Source of the DNA: Candidatus Kaiserbacteria bacterium
GTDB lineage: Bacteria; Patescibacteriota; Minisyncoccia; Phycocordibacterales; UBA918
Assembly (NCBI GenBank): GCA_016204695.1
Contig: JACQKD010000001.1
Coordinates: forward strand, 4,976 to 68,975
Direction of reading: 5' to 3'
DNA: 64,000 nucleotides
In this document: in pieces, positions 49,052-58,892 of the stretch
Layout: each line of letters opens with the position of its first letter
How positions within the stretch are numbered: the stretch's first letter is position 1
The notes under the pieces: generated by a model
Seen by the model: the letters and a program-made list of their open reading frames with translations, nothing else
What the model was told of the DNA's origin: nothing
The model's database searches: none
Translations under genes and position numbers: made by a program

Positions 49052-49108
49052 TAGTCTCGAACGAACGTTGCAATGTGCCGCTTAACAGAGTAGCTAGCAT
49101 AGAGATGT

Positions 49109-49453
49109 ATGGAACTTGATCGTCAATTTCTGGAATATGTGGTAAAGGCGCTTGTGGATCATCCCGATGACGTGAGGATTAACCGGACCGTAGATGAGAT
49201 GGGAGTACTGCTCACCATGGACGTGCATCCCGAAGATATGGGGAAGATTATCGGACGCTCGGGCAACACCGCAAAGGCGATCCGCACCCTCCTGCGCGTA
49301 GTCGGCATGAAGAACGATGCGCGGGTCAACCTCAAAATCAACGAGCCGGAAGGCGGCATGGGGGGCGGCCGCAACGGTGGCATGGGGAACGGAAACGGCT
49401 CCTCTTCCGCTCCGAAAACTCTCGACGAAGCCATCGACGATTTGAAGATGTAA
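49109..49453 (+). CDS. khpA: KH-domain RNA-binding protein KhpA
   Basis: LVDHPDDV and DMGKIIGRSG.TAKAIRTLL motifs; follows rpsP. Confidence 0.92.
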   Translation: MELDRQFLEYVVKALVDHPDDVRINRTVDEMGVLLTMDVHPEDMGKIIGRSGNTAKAIRTLLRVVGMKNDARVNLKINEPEGGMGGGRNGGMGNGNGSSSAPKTLDEAIDDLKM

Positions 49454-49461
49454 TTTTTTAA

Positions 49462-49507
49462 AAAACAAAAACCGCCGAGCCGCAAAGCGGCTTGGTGGTT
49501 TTTGTTT
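49462..49507 (+). terminator. Intrinsic terminator after khpA
   Basis: AAAAACCGCCGAGCCG-CAAAG-CGGCTTGGTGGTTTTT. Confidence 0.7.
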
Positions 49508-49540
49508 GACTTTGTCACGTTCCTCTCCAATAATTCCACT

Positions 49541-49969
49541 ATGACAAAAGGAATCGACTATACGGGGATTGCCGTCGTGTACATCTGTCACGACGGGAAG
49601 GGAAACATCCTCATGCACAAGCGGACGGAACGGTGCCGCGACGAGCATGGGTGTTGGGATTGCGGCGGAGGCGGTGTAAAGCTCGGCGAAAAAATCGAAG
49701 ACGCGTTGGTGCGGGAAGTGAAAGAAGAATATTTGGTGGAACCGCTTGAGTATGCATTGCTCGGGCATCGGGAGCTGTTTCGTGAACATGCGGGCCAGCC
49801 CACGCACTGGATCGCATTTGACTTCAAGGTACTCGTCGATCCGGAACGTGTGGGTATCGGCGAGCCGGACAAGGCGAGCGATATCGGCTGGTTTCCCTTC
49901 CGCAATTTACCCGATCCCTTGCACTCGGCCATACCGGATACGTTTGCCGATTATGATCATCATTTCTGA
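49541..49969 (+). CDS. Nudix hydrolase
   Basis: GGGVKLGEKIEDALVREVKEEY Nudix box. Confidence 0.88.
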   Translation: MTKGIDYTGIAVVYICHDGKGNILMHKRTERCRDEHGCWDCGGGGVKLGEKIEDALVREVKEEYLVEPLEYALLGHRELFREHAGQPTHWIAFDFKVLVDPERVGIGEPDKASDIGWFPFRNLPDPLHSAIPDTFADYDHHF

Positions 49970-49985
49970 CAGCGTTTCATCTTGT

Positions 49986-50420
49986 ATGAATCATCTTGAG
50001 AAAGTGAAAGAGCTCGAATTGCCGTACGACCAGTTTGTGCTCGTCGGCGGCTCCATTCTCGACATTCACGGCATTCGAAAGAGTGATGATATGGACGTTG
50101 TGGTCAGCTCACAAGCATTTCAGACACTGAAAGGTCGGGGTTGGCCAGTTGACCCAGTTTTTAAAGAGAAATGGGGGCGGGAGCGGCTCGTGCAGGATGT
50201 GTTCGAAATATACACTGATCTCTATTTTCAAAAAATAGACTACTACCTTCCGTTTGAGGTCTTAAAGGAAATGTCCAAGCAGATGAAGGGCGTATACATT
50301 CAGTCACTCGGTGCGTTACTCTTAATAAAGTTCGATATTGGGCGCGAAAAGGATATGATAGATATCAAATTGATCGAGGAGTATCTGTTGGGGCAACGAA
50401 GGGCGGGTATGCAGAATTGA
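49986..50420 (+). CDS. Minimal nucleotidyltransferase-like protein
   Basis: VLVGGS.L..HGIRKSDDMDVVV and a C-terminal REKD..D. Confidence 0.65.
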   Translation: MNHLEKVKELELPYDQFVLVGGSILDIHGIRKSDDMDVVVSSQAFQTLKGRGWPVDPVFKEKWGRERLVQDVFEIYTDLYFQKIDYYLPFEVLKEMSKQMKGVYIQSLGALLLIKFDIGREKDMIDIKLIEEYLLGQRRAGMQN

Positions 50421-50440
50421 GAATCCATGGTCGCATCGCT

Positions 50441-50866
50441 ATGAAAACAGGCATTGATTGTATCGGAGTGGTCGTCATCCACTACTGTAATGACGGGCGG
50501 GGGAATTTTGCTATGCTGAAACGCTCGTCAAAAAGCCGCGACGCCCACGGGTATTGGGATTTCGGAGGAGGTACTGTCGAGTTTGGCGAGCGGTTGGAGG
50601 ATGCGTTGGTGCGCGAAATGAAAGAAGAACTCGGAACGGAGCCCATTTCTTACGAGCAGATCGGCACCAAAGACATTATTGACGTCGATAACAAAAAGCA
50701 TTGGATAGGGGTATTTTATACGGCTCGCGTCAACAGGGAAAAAGTGTTCAATGCCGAGCCGGATTCTCACGATGAGTTGGGGTGGTTCACGCTTGATAAT
50801 CTGCCGAGTCCGACACGTCCCATTATGGCCGAACAACTGAAGGATTTTAGGAAATATTTAACATAA
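50441..50866 (+). CDS. Nudix hydrolase (paralogue of 49541-49969)
   Basis: GGTVEFGERLEDALVREMKEELG Nudix box. Confidence 0.88.
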   Translation: MKTGIDCIGVVVIHYCNDGRGNFAMLKRSSKSRDAHGYWDFGGGTVEFGERLEDALVREMKEELGTEPISYEQIGTKDIIDVDNKKHWIGVFYTARVNREKVFNAEPDSHDELGWFTLDNLPSPTRPIMAEQLKDFRKYLT

Positions 50867-50868
50867 TC

Positions 50869-51546
50869 ATGCATTTTCATGTGGTGACATTGTTTCCGGA
50901 GGTGTGCAAAGCGTATACGGACGCGTCTATTTTGGGCCGCGCGCAGAAGGGCAAGGGCAAAGCAAAAAAGATAACCGTCTCGTATTACAACCCCCGCGAC
51001 TATACGAAAGATAAACATCGCAAAGTGGACGACCGGCCGTACGGCGGAGGTCCGGGCATGGTGATGTATGCCGAGCCGATTTTGAAAGCGGTGGAAAAAG
51101 CTGTCGGCAAAAATAAGAGCACAAGGAAACCGAAGGTTCTCATCATGTCCCCGCGAGGAACATTGTTTGACCAACATTACGCGAAGAAACTTGCAAAATC
51201 ATACAAAGACGTCGTGCTCATCGCCGGGCATTACGAAGGTATCGACGCACGGGTGAAAAAGATACTGAAAGCGGAGGAGGTCTCGGTCGGTCCATATGTG
51301 CTCACCGGCGGCGAGCTTCCGGCGCTCTCAATCATTGACGCGGTCGCGCGCAATATTGCCGGCGTACTCGGCAAGGGTGAATCTCTCGAAGACACCCGAG
51401 CCGCAAGTGGCGAGATGTACACCCGCCCGGAAATGCTCACCTACAAAGGCAAAAAATACCGTATCCCAAAAATCCTCCTTACCGGCCACCACAAAAACAT
51501 CGAGCAATGGCGGCAAAAACGGTCGTTGTCCCAGGACGGCGGTTGA
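50869..51546 (+). CDS. trmD: tRNA (guanine37-N1)-methyltransferase
   Basis: TLFPE, DDRPYGGGPGMVM, GHYEGIDAR and YVLTGGE motifs. Confidence 0.96.
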   Translation: MHFHVVTLFPEVCKAYTDASILGRAQKGKGKAKKITVSYYNPRDYTKDKHRKVDDRPYGGGPGMVMYAEPILKAVEKAVGKNKSTRKPKVLIMSPRGTLFDQHYAKKLAKSYKDVVLIAGHYEGIDARVKKILKAEEVSVGPYVLTGGELPALSIIDAVARNIAGVLGKGESLEDTRAASGEMYTRPEMLTYKGKKYRIPKILLTGHHKNIEQWRQKRSLSQDGG

Positions 51547-51571
51547 CGAGGTTTGGATGGTCTGGTACACT
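51543..51571 (+). promoter_or_regulatory. Sigma70-type promoter for rpoBC with a ~210-nt leader
   Basis: TTGACG-N17-TACACT with an extended TG. Confidence 0.65.
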
Positions 51572-51786
51572 CTGGGTATTGATTGAGTTTCGGCTGGGAG
51601 GGGTCCGGGGCGGCGAATGGGTGTTTTTATACGGGGTAAGACAATTTGAGGTGCTGTCACTAAACACTCGGTAAGGAGAGGTCCGGGTCAACGCATATTT
51701 GTGCGGCTTTTTTCGTGTATCGCAAATGTTGATAAGTTTTGTTGCATTTATCAGTTGGGGTGATCTAGCTCACAGAGCTCAAAACT

Positions 51787-54700
51787 ATGGCTGTAAAAAC
51801 TTCGCATATCGTCAAGCAAGCGGCTCTGCCGAAAAAATATTTCAAACGGTATCGCGCTCCGCGGGTTGCGCTTCCCGACCTCATCGAGCCGCAGAGGGAA
51901 TCTTTCAAGTGGCTCGCTGAAGTGGGACTCAAAGAAGTCTTCAAAGAATTCTCTCCGATCAGCGACTACTCCGGCAAGAAATTCGAGCTCCATTTCAAGA
52001 AATACACAATCGGCACGCCGAAGTGCACGCCCGAATATGCGAAAGAAAATAAGCTTACTTACGATGCGCCCCTGCGCGCCACGGTGACGCTCACGAACAA
52101 GACGTTCGGCGGCGAGAAAGAGCAGGAGATCTTTCTTGCGGACATTCCGCTGATGACCGAGCATGGCACGTTCATCATCAACGGCGTCGAGCGCGTCATC
52201 GTGCCGCAACTCGCGCGCTCCTACGGCATCTTTTTTACCGCCGCGGAAACGAAAGGCAAGACCTACTTCGGCGCGAAGGTCATCCCTCTGCGCGGCGCGT
52301 GGATTGAGATTGAATCGGAGGCCGATGATGTGATCTATGTGAAAATCGATCGCAAGCGGAAGTTTCCGGTCACGTCGCTCTTGCGGGTGCTCGGTGCCGA
52401 AACCGACGCACAGATACTCGCCCTGTTTAAGGACGTCCCGCACGGGAAGGAATATCTGACCGAAACGCTTAAGAAAGATCCCGCGAAAACGACCGACGAC
52501 GCCTATGTCGAGATATACAAGCGCCTGCGTGACGGGGATCTTGCGACGGTGGAGAATGCGCGCGAGTTTGTGAAATCTATTTTCAGTGAGGAACGGTACG
52601 ATCTCTCCGAAATCGGCCGATACCATTTTAATCACCGTTTCGGTCTGCCGATCACGCCGAAGGATGCGTCGCATCGAGGCGTGTATCTCGATGACTTTGT
52701 CGTGATTCTCAAGCACGTCATCGAGCAGAATCAGGTGCCGGAAGCGCAGCCGGACGACATCGACCATCTCGGTTTTCGTCGCGTGCGGTACTTCGGCGAG
52801 ATGATCGTTCAGCGCGTGCGAGTCGGCATGACGCGCATGAAGCGCAACATCCAGGACCGCATGTCGACGATCGAGTCGGAGACATCTCTGCCGATTCAGC
52901 TTATCAACCCGCGACCGTTGCAGGCCGCGATCAAAGAGTTTTATACGACAAACCAGCTCGCGCAGTTTATGCAACAACAGAACGTGCTTGCGGAGCTTGA
53001 GGGACTGCGCACGCTCTCGGCGCTCGGTCCCGGAGGTCTCACGCGCGAGCGTGCGGGCTTCGACGTGCGCGATGTGCATCCGAGCCATTACGGCCGCCTC
53101 TGTCCGATCCATACGCCGGAAGGTCCGAATATCGGCCTTATTGTACGCCTCTCGATGTACGCGCGCGTCAACCGCTTCGGCATCATCGAGACGCCGTACG
53201 CAAAGGTGGGGAAGGGAGTGGTGACCGACGAGATTGTCTTTCTCAATGCGCATGAAGAAGAACAGCACACGATCGCACATGCGGCTACCGAGCTTGACGA
53301 GAACAGCAAGATTATTGCGAGCGTCGTAGAAGTTCGCCGCAACGGCGAGCCCTATGTCGCGCCGCGCGACGAAGTGGACTTCATGGATATCGCGACCAAT
53401 CAGGCGTTCTCGGTCGCGACCTCGATGATTCCGTTTCTCAACCATGACGACGCCAATCGCGCGCTCATGGGCTCGAACATGCAGAAGCAGGCGGTACCCT
53501 GCCTCGTGCAGGAGGTGCCGATCGTCGCAACCGGCATCGAGGAACTTGCGGCGCGCGATACCGGACGCATCATCGCCGCGCACGAGGCGGGGGAGGTCAC
53601 CGCAGTCGACGCCAAGCATATCGTGGTGAAAAACAAAGCGGGCAAAAGCGAGACCTACCCGCTCACCGTTTTCCAACGCACCAACGACTTTTCCGCTTTC
53701 TACCATCGCCCGACGGTGTCTCTCGGACAGACTGTAAAGCGGGGTGATATTCTCGCAGACACCTCTTCGACCGAGCATGGCCAAATCGCGCTCGGCCAGA
53801 ACGCGCTGGTCGCCTTCATGAGCTGGAGCGGCGCCAACTACGAGGACGCGATCATCATTTCCGAACGGCTCGTCAAAGACAGCAAATTCTCTTCCATTCA
53901 TATGGACGAGCTTGAAGTGTCGGTTCGCGATACCAAGCTCGGACCCGAAGTGACGACCTCCGACATTCCCAATGTCAGCGACCAAAAACTGCGCAATCTC
54001 GACGAAAACGGCATCATCCGCGTCGGCGCGGAGGTGCGTCCGGGTGACATTCTTGTCGGCAAAGTGACACCGAAAGGCGAGACTCAACTCACTCCCGAAG
54101 AGCGTCTCTTGCGCTCGATCTTCGGCGAGAAAGCGAAGGACGTAAAGGACACTTCCTTGCGGCTTGAAGCGGGCAAGCGCGGGCGTATCGTGGGCGTAAA
54201 GGTATTCAGCCGCGAGCAGGGCGATCAGCTTGAGAGCGGTGTCATCAAACGCATTCACATCACGATCGCACAGGTGCGCAATGTCTCCGTCGGCGACAAG
54301 CTTGCCGGCCGTCACGGCAACAAAGGCGTGATTTCGCGCATTCTTCCGGAGGAAGACATGCCGTATACGGAAGACGGCCGTCCGATTGATGTTATTCTCA
54401 CGCCGCTCGGCGTGCCGAGCCGTATGAACCTCGGACAAATTCTCGAGTTACATCTCGGTATGGCCGCGCATACACTCGGCTATCAGGCGATCGTGCCGCC
54501 GTTTGCGGGCGCAACCGAAGAAGAGATCAAGGAAGAACTCGTCAAGGCCGGCTTGCCGGAAGACGGCAAGCTCTGGCTTCGCGACGGTCGCACGGGCGAG
54601 ACATTTGCGCAGAAGATTGCCGTGGGCTACATGTATATTCTGAAACTCCACCACATGGTCGAAGACAAGATCCACATGCGTTCGATCGGTCCGTACTCGC

Positions 54701-55011
54701 TCATCACCCAACAGCCGCTCGGCGGCAAGGCGCAGATCGGCGGCCAGCGCTTCGGTGAAATGGAGGTGTGGGCTCTGCTCGGCTACGGCGCGGCCTACAC
54801 GCTTCGGGAGATGCTCACGATCAAATCCGACGATATCGTCGGCCGCTCGGCGGCGTTTGACGCCATCGTGCGCGGCGAACGCATCAGTCATCCGCATACC
54901 CCGGCGTCGTTTAACGTCATGATCAACCAGCTTCGCGGTCTTTCGCTTGATGTCGAACTTGCGCGGGATGACGACCGACAACGTGTCGAACCGAGTGATC
55001 GGGACAAGTAA
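51787..55011 (+). CDS. rpoB: RNA polymerase beta subunit
   Basis: FIINGVERV, TPEGPNIGL, GDKLAGRHGNKG and GQRFGEME motifs. Confidence 0.98.
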   Translation: MAVKTSHIVKQAALPKKYFKRYRAPRVALPDLIEPQRESFKWLAEVGLKEVFKEFSPISDYSGKKFELHFKKYTIGTPKCTPEYAKENKLTYDAPLRATVTLTNKTFGGEKEQEIFLADIPLMTEHGTFIINGVERVIVPQLARSYGIFFTAAETKGKTYFGAKVIPLRGAWIEIESEADDVIYVKIDRKRKFPVTSLLRVLGAETDAQILALFKDVPHGKEYLTETLKKDPAKTTDDAYVEIYKRLRDGDLATVENAREFVKSIFSEERYDLSEIGRYHFNHRFGLPITPKDASHRGVYLDDFVVILKHVIEQNQVPEAQPDDIDHLGFRRVRYFGEMIVQRVRVGMTRMKRNIQDRMSTIESETSLPIQLINPRPLQAAIKEFYTTNQLAQFMQQQNVLAELEGLRTLSALGPGGLTRERAGFDVRDVHPSHYGRLCPIHTPEGPNIGLIVRLSMYARVNRFGIIETPYAKVGKGVVTDEIVFLNAHEEEQHTIAHAATELDENSKIIASVVEVRRNGEPYVAPRDEVDFMDIATNQAFSVATSMIPFLNHDDANRALMGSNMQKQAVPCLVQEVPIVATGIEELAARDTGRIIAAHEAGEVTAVDAKHIVVKNKAGKSETYPLTVFQRTNDFSAFYHRPTVSLGQTVKRGDILADTSSTEHGQIALGQNALVAFMSWSGANYEDAIIISERLVKDSKFSSIHMDELEVSVRDTKLGPEVTTSDIPNVSDQKLRNLDENGIIRVGAEVRPGDILVGKVTPKGETQLTPEERLLRSIFGEKAKDVKDTSLRLEAGKRGRIVGVKVFSREQGDQLESGVIKRIHITIAQVRNVSVGDKLAGRHGNKGVISRILPEEDMPYTEDGRPIDVILTPLGVPSRMNLGQILELHLGMAAHTLGYQAIVPPFAGATEEEIKEELVKAGLPEDGKLWLRDGRTGETFAQKIAVGYMYILKLHHMVEDKIHMRSIGPYSLITQQPLGGKAQIGGQRFGEMEVWALLGYGAAYTLREMLTIKSDDIVGRSAAFDAIVRGERISHPHTPASFNVMINQLRGLSLDVELARDDDRQRVEPSDRDK

Positions 55012-55034
55012 TTACTCATTTTTTGATATAGCTT

Positions 55035-58000
55035 ATGGCATTCAAAGCGCACATTCCGACACAGTTCGACTACGTTTCGCTCAAGCTTGCGTCTCCCGAC
55101 CGTATTCTCGAATGGTCGCACGGCGAAGTCACGAAGCCCGAGACGATCAACTACCGCACCCAGCGTCCGGAGCGACACGGGCTTTTCGACGAGCGGATCT
55201 TCGGCCCGGTTGAGGACTATGAGTGCTCCTGCAAAAAGTATCGCGGCATCCGCTACAAGGGCATCGTCTGCGAGAAGTGCGGCGTCGAAATCACGCGCGC
55301 TATCGTGCGCCGCGAGCGCATGGGTCATATCGATCTGTGCGTACCGGTCTCGCACATCTGGTTTTTGCGGGGCGTACCGTCGCGCATTGCGCTCATACTC
55401 GGCATTCCCGCCGCCGACGTGGAGAAGGTCATCTATTTTGCGGGTTACATCATCAAGTCGGTCAATGCCGATGAACGGGTGCGGCTTCTCAAAGAACTCG
55501 ACACCGAATACAAAACAAAGCTCAAAGAGCTTACATCCGACACGGCGCGCGACGATCTCAAATCACGACTCGACGAGATCAAGCAGGAGATCGAAGGTAT
55601 GCGTGTCGGCATGGTACTCGACGAAGCGCGATACCATAAATATTCCGTCAGATACAGCACCCTGTTTGAGGCGCGCATCGGCGCGGAAGCGATCTATGAT
55701 CTTTTTCGCAGTCTGGACTTGCCTGCACTGCGCAACCGGCTTGAGGAAGAGCGTACGAAGGCAGGGGCGGCGGAGCGCGCCAAACTCGACAAGCGCCTCT
55801 CTCTCTTACGCGGCATGATCACTGCCGGCGTACATGCGGATTGGATGTTCCTGACGCGAATCCCCGTCATTCCGCCGGCGCTTCGCCCGATGGTGGCGCT
55901 TGAAGGCGGCCGCCATGCATCATCGGACCTCAACGATCTCTATCGCCGCGTCATCAACCGCAACAATCGCCTTAAGAAACTGCTTGATATTCATGCGCCG
56001 GACGTCATTCTCCGAAACGAAAAGCGCATTCTGCAGGAAGCGGTCGACGCGCTCGTCGACAATTCGATCCGTCACGGCAACACCGCGTACTCCGCGATGA
56101 GCCAGGCCCAGCGGCGTCCGCTGAAGTCGCTCTCCGATTATCTCAAAGGCAAACAGGGGTATTTCCGCCAGAATTTGCTCGGCAAGCGCGTCGATTATTC
56201 CGGCCGCTCGGTGATCGTCATCGGGCCGGATCTCGCGCTCGACCAATGCGGACTTCCGAAGCATATGGCGCTTGAGCTTTTCCGTCCGTTCGTGATTTCC
56301 CAGCTCCTGAAACAAGAGCTCGCATATAACATCCGCGGCGCCGGCAGGCTCATCGAGGACTCGGTGCCGGAAGTGTGGGCGATACTCGAAGATGTGATCA
56401 AGGACAAGCATGTGCTCTTAAACCGCGCACCGACTCTGCACCGTCAGGGCATCCAGGCGTTCCGTCCGGTGCTGATCGAAGGCAATGCGATCCAGGTGCA
56501 CCCCTTGGTCTGTCGTGCATTCAACGCGGACTTCGACGGCGACCAGATGGCCGTGCATGTGCCGCTCTCGCCCGAAGCGCAGATGGAAGCGCGCGAGATT
56601 ATGTCCGCCAATAAAAATATTCTGAAGCCTGGGTCAGCGGAACCCGTCGTATCGGAGAAGCTTCTCGATATGGCGCTCGGTTGCTACTGGATGACGAAGA
56701 TCATTCCCGGCGCCAAGGGCGAAGGGAAGGCCTTCGAGTCGCCGAACGCCGCCATCACCGCGCATGATTTCGGGATTGTGGATTTCCGCGCAAAGATCAA
56801 AGTGCTCGGCACCGACAATCGCAAGTATTCGCGGTTTGCGGGACAGCTCTTTGAGACGTCCGTCGGACGACTTCTGTTCAACAGCGTCCTGCCGGCGCAT
56901 CACGCATACATCAACGATGTCATTTCGCAAAAATCACTCTTTGGCATTGTTGTCGACGTCATCGACGCCGAAGGCGTCGATGCGGTTCCGAAAATTATCG
57001 ACAAGATCAAGCATATCGGCTTCACTTACGCGACGCGCTCCGGTGTGACGTGGGGCATCGATGATGTCGTGGTGCCGAAGGAGAAAAAGGAGATTCTCGA
57101 TCACGCTCGAGAAGAGGAGCGGCACGTTATGGAGCAGTTTCTCGACGGTCTGCTCTCGCGCGACGAGCGCCGCCGCTTCGTCGTTGAAATATGGCACCGC
57201 ACGAAGACCGAACTCGAAAAGGTGATCCCCGGTACGCTTGATCCGCAAGGGTCGGTGCACGATATGTGGCAGTCGGGTGCTCGAGGTTCACTCGGGCAGA
57301 TCGCGCAGATGGCGGGCATGAAGGGTCTCATCGTTAATACGCGGGGCGAAACATTGGAGTTTCCGGTTACCTCGTCCATGAAAGAAGGCATGAGTCCGAT
57401 CGAGTACTTCATCACCACGCACGGCTCGCGCAAGGGTCTTGCGGACACCGCGCTCCAGACGGCCAAGGCCGGCTACCTCACGCGCCGCCTCTTCGATGTT
57501 GCGCAGGATGCAGTTATCACCGAGGCGGACTGCAAGACCAAACAGGGCATCACCGTCAGCCGTACGAGCGCTTCGGGCATTCAAGTTGCGTTCTCCAAAG
57601 CTATCCGCGGTCGCGTGGTCGCCGCCGACATTGTCGACGCGGGCGGTACGCCGCTCTTTGGTAAAGGACACATGCTCTCCCGATCGGATGCAATCGCGGT
57701 CGAGCAGGCCGATGTTGCCGAGGTATCGGTGCGCTCGCCGATGGCCTGCAAGACGCTTCGCGGCGTCTGTCAGCAGTGCTACGGCGTCGATCTGACGACC
57801 AATAAGCTTGTCGATATCGGCGAGGCGGTCGGCACGGTCGCGGCGCAAGCAATCGGCGAGCCGGGGACCCAGCTCACCATGAACACCAAGCACGCCGGAG
57901 GTACCGCCTCTGTCGGCGGCGACGTGACGCAGGGTCTTCCTCGCGTTGAGGAAGTCTTTGAGAAACGTGCGCCGAAGATCCCGGCGGTCGTCTCAAAGAC

Positions 58001-58676
58001 CGACGGCATAGTGATCGAGGTCCGTACTGAAGGCCGCGATAAAACGGTTGTCGTTACGCCGGAAGTCGGCTCGAACGCGGCCTCGAAGAAACGCGATAAC
58101 ATCGAATATCCGATCCACTATCGCCGCACGTTGCTTGTGCGCGAAGGTGAGAGCGTGCGGCAGGGACAGCTCCTGACCGACGGCTCGGCGATACTTTCGG
58201 AAATTTTCAAATACGGCGGCGAGCATGCACTGCAGGAGTACATCATCGCCGAGACATCGAAGCTCTACGAGCTTCAGGGCGTGACCATCGCGCGCAAGCA
58301 CATCGAGCTCATCGTCAAGCAAATGCTCTCGCGATACAAAGTGACCGATCCGGGAGACAGCCAGTACACGGTCGGCGATATCGTCGAAGAATGGCATCTT
58401 GAAAAGACGAACCGGGAGCTGAAAGCGGACGGCAAAGAGCAGGCAAAGGCGGACAAGCTTGTGCTCGGGATCACCGAAGTGTCGCTTACCCGCAGAAGTT
58501 TTCTCTCGGCCGCATCGTTCCAAAACACGACTCGCATTCTCATCAATGCGGCGGTGCGCGGAAGCGAAGACCGGCTCGTCGGCCTCAAAGAGAATGTCAT
58601 CATCGGTCGGCTTATTCCGGCGGGAACCGGTTTTCCGGGAAGTACGAAGCAGAAGATGATTGAAACACTCGGATAA
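55035..58676 (+). CDS. rpoC: RNA polymerase beta' subunit
   Basis: KPETINYRT, GKRVDYSGR and NADFDGD motifs. Confidence 0.98.
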   Translation: MAFKAHIPTQFDYVSLKLASPDRILEWSHGEVTKPETINYRTQRPERHGLFDERIFGPVEDYECSCKKYRGIRYKGIVCEKCGVEITRAIVRRERMGHIDLCVPVSHIWFLRGVPSRIALILGIPAADVEKVIYFAGYIIKSVNADERVRLLKELDTEYKTKLKELTSDTARDDLKSRLDEIKQEIEGMRVGMVLDEARYHKYSVRYSTLFEARIGAEAIYDLFRSLDLPALRNRLEEERTKAGAAERAKLDKRLSLLRGMITAGVHADWMFLTRIPVIPPALRPMVALEGGRHASSDLNDLYRRVINRNNRLKKLLDIHAPDVILRNEKRILQEAVDALVDNSIRHGNTAYSAMSQAQRRPLKSLSDYLKGKQGYFRQNLLGKRVDYSGRSVIVIGPDLALDQCGLPKHMALELFRPFVISQLLKQELAYNIRGAGRLIEDSVPEVWAILEDVIKDKHVLLNRAPTLHRQGIQAFRPVLIEGNAIQVHPLVCRAFNADFDGDQMAVHVPLSPEAQMEAREIMSANKNILKPGSAEPVVSEKLLDMALGCYWMTKIIPGAKGEGKAFESPNAAITAHDFGIVDFRAKIKVLGTDNRKYSRFAGQLFETSVGRLLFNSVLPAHHAYINDVISQKSLFGIVVDVIDAEGVDAVPKIIDKIKHIGFTYATRSGVTWGIDDVVVPKEKKEILDHAREEERHVMEQFLDGLLSRDERRRFVVEIWHRTKTELEKVIPGTLDPQGSVHDMWQSGARGSLGQIAQMAGMKGLIVNTRGETLEFPVTSSMKEGMSPIEYFITTHGSRKGLADTALQTAKAGYLTRRLFDVAQDAVITEADCKTKQGITVSRTSASGIQVAFSKAIRGRVVAADIVDAGGTPLFGKGHMLSRSDAIAVEQADVAEVSVRSPMACKTLRGVCQQCYGVDLTTNKLVDIGEAVGTVAAQAIGEPGTQLTMNTKHAGGTASVGGDVTQGLPRVEEVFEKRAPKIPAVVSKTDGIVIEVRTEGRDKTVVVTPEVGSNAASKKRDNIEYPIHYRRTLLVREGESVRQGQLLTDGSAILSEIFKYGGEHALQEYIIAETSKLYELQGVTIARKHIELIVKQMLSRYKVTDPGDSQYTVGDIVEEWHLEKTNRELKADGKEQAKADKLVLGITEVSLTRRSFLSAASFQNTTRILINAAVRGSEDRLVGLKENVIIGRLIPAGTGFPGSTKQKMIETLG

Positions 58677-58691
58677 TGCGGTGGCAATCAG

Positions 58692-58865
58692 GAGCCGATC
58701 AGTTGCCTTGTCCGAGACAAGAGTGCTACGACGTCAAGAAAACAATGTCGGCTCCGCGACGAAAAACTCAAAACTCGCTTTGCTCAAACAGTTGAGTTTT
58801 TCTGCTCCGCCTTGTTGTTTTCTAGTCGTCTTCGCAATTGTCTCTTCAAGGCAACTGATCGGCTC
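58692..58865. repeat. ~174-nt rod-like palindromic element (REP/MITE-like)
   Basis: 19-bp terminal inverted repeat GAGCCGATCAGTTGCCTTG with nested stems GAGACAA, AGAAAACAA and GAAAAACTCAA. Confidence 0.8.
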
Positions 58866-58892
58866 TTCTGCCCGCGGGATTATAATTACCTC

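Noticed and set aside
51572-51786. Riboswitch in the long rpoB leader
   Set aside because: Only short pairings are visible and no known aptamer consensus was recognised.
51751-54438. 895-aa antisense ORF over rpoB (and similar shadow ORFs over gyrB, the GT2 gene, dnaE and rnr)
   Set aside because: Expected antisense shadows of GC-rich codon usage; no protein motifs.
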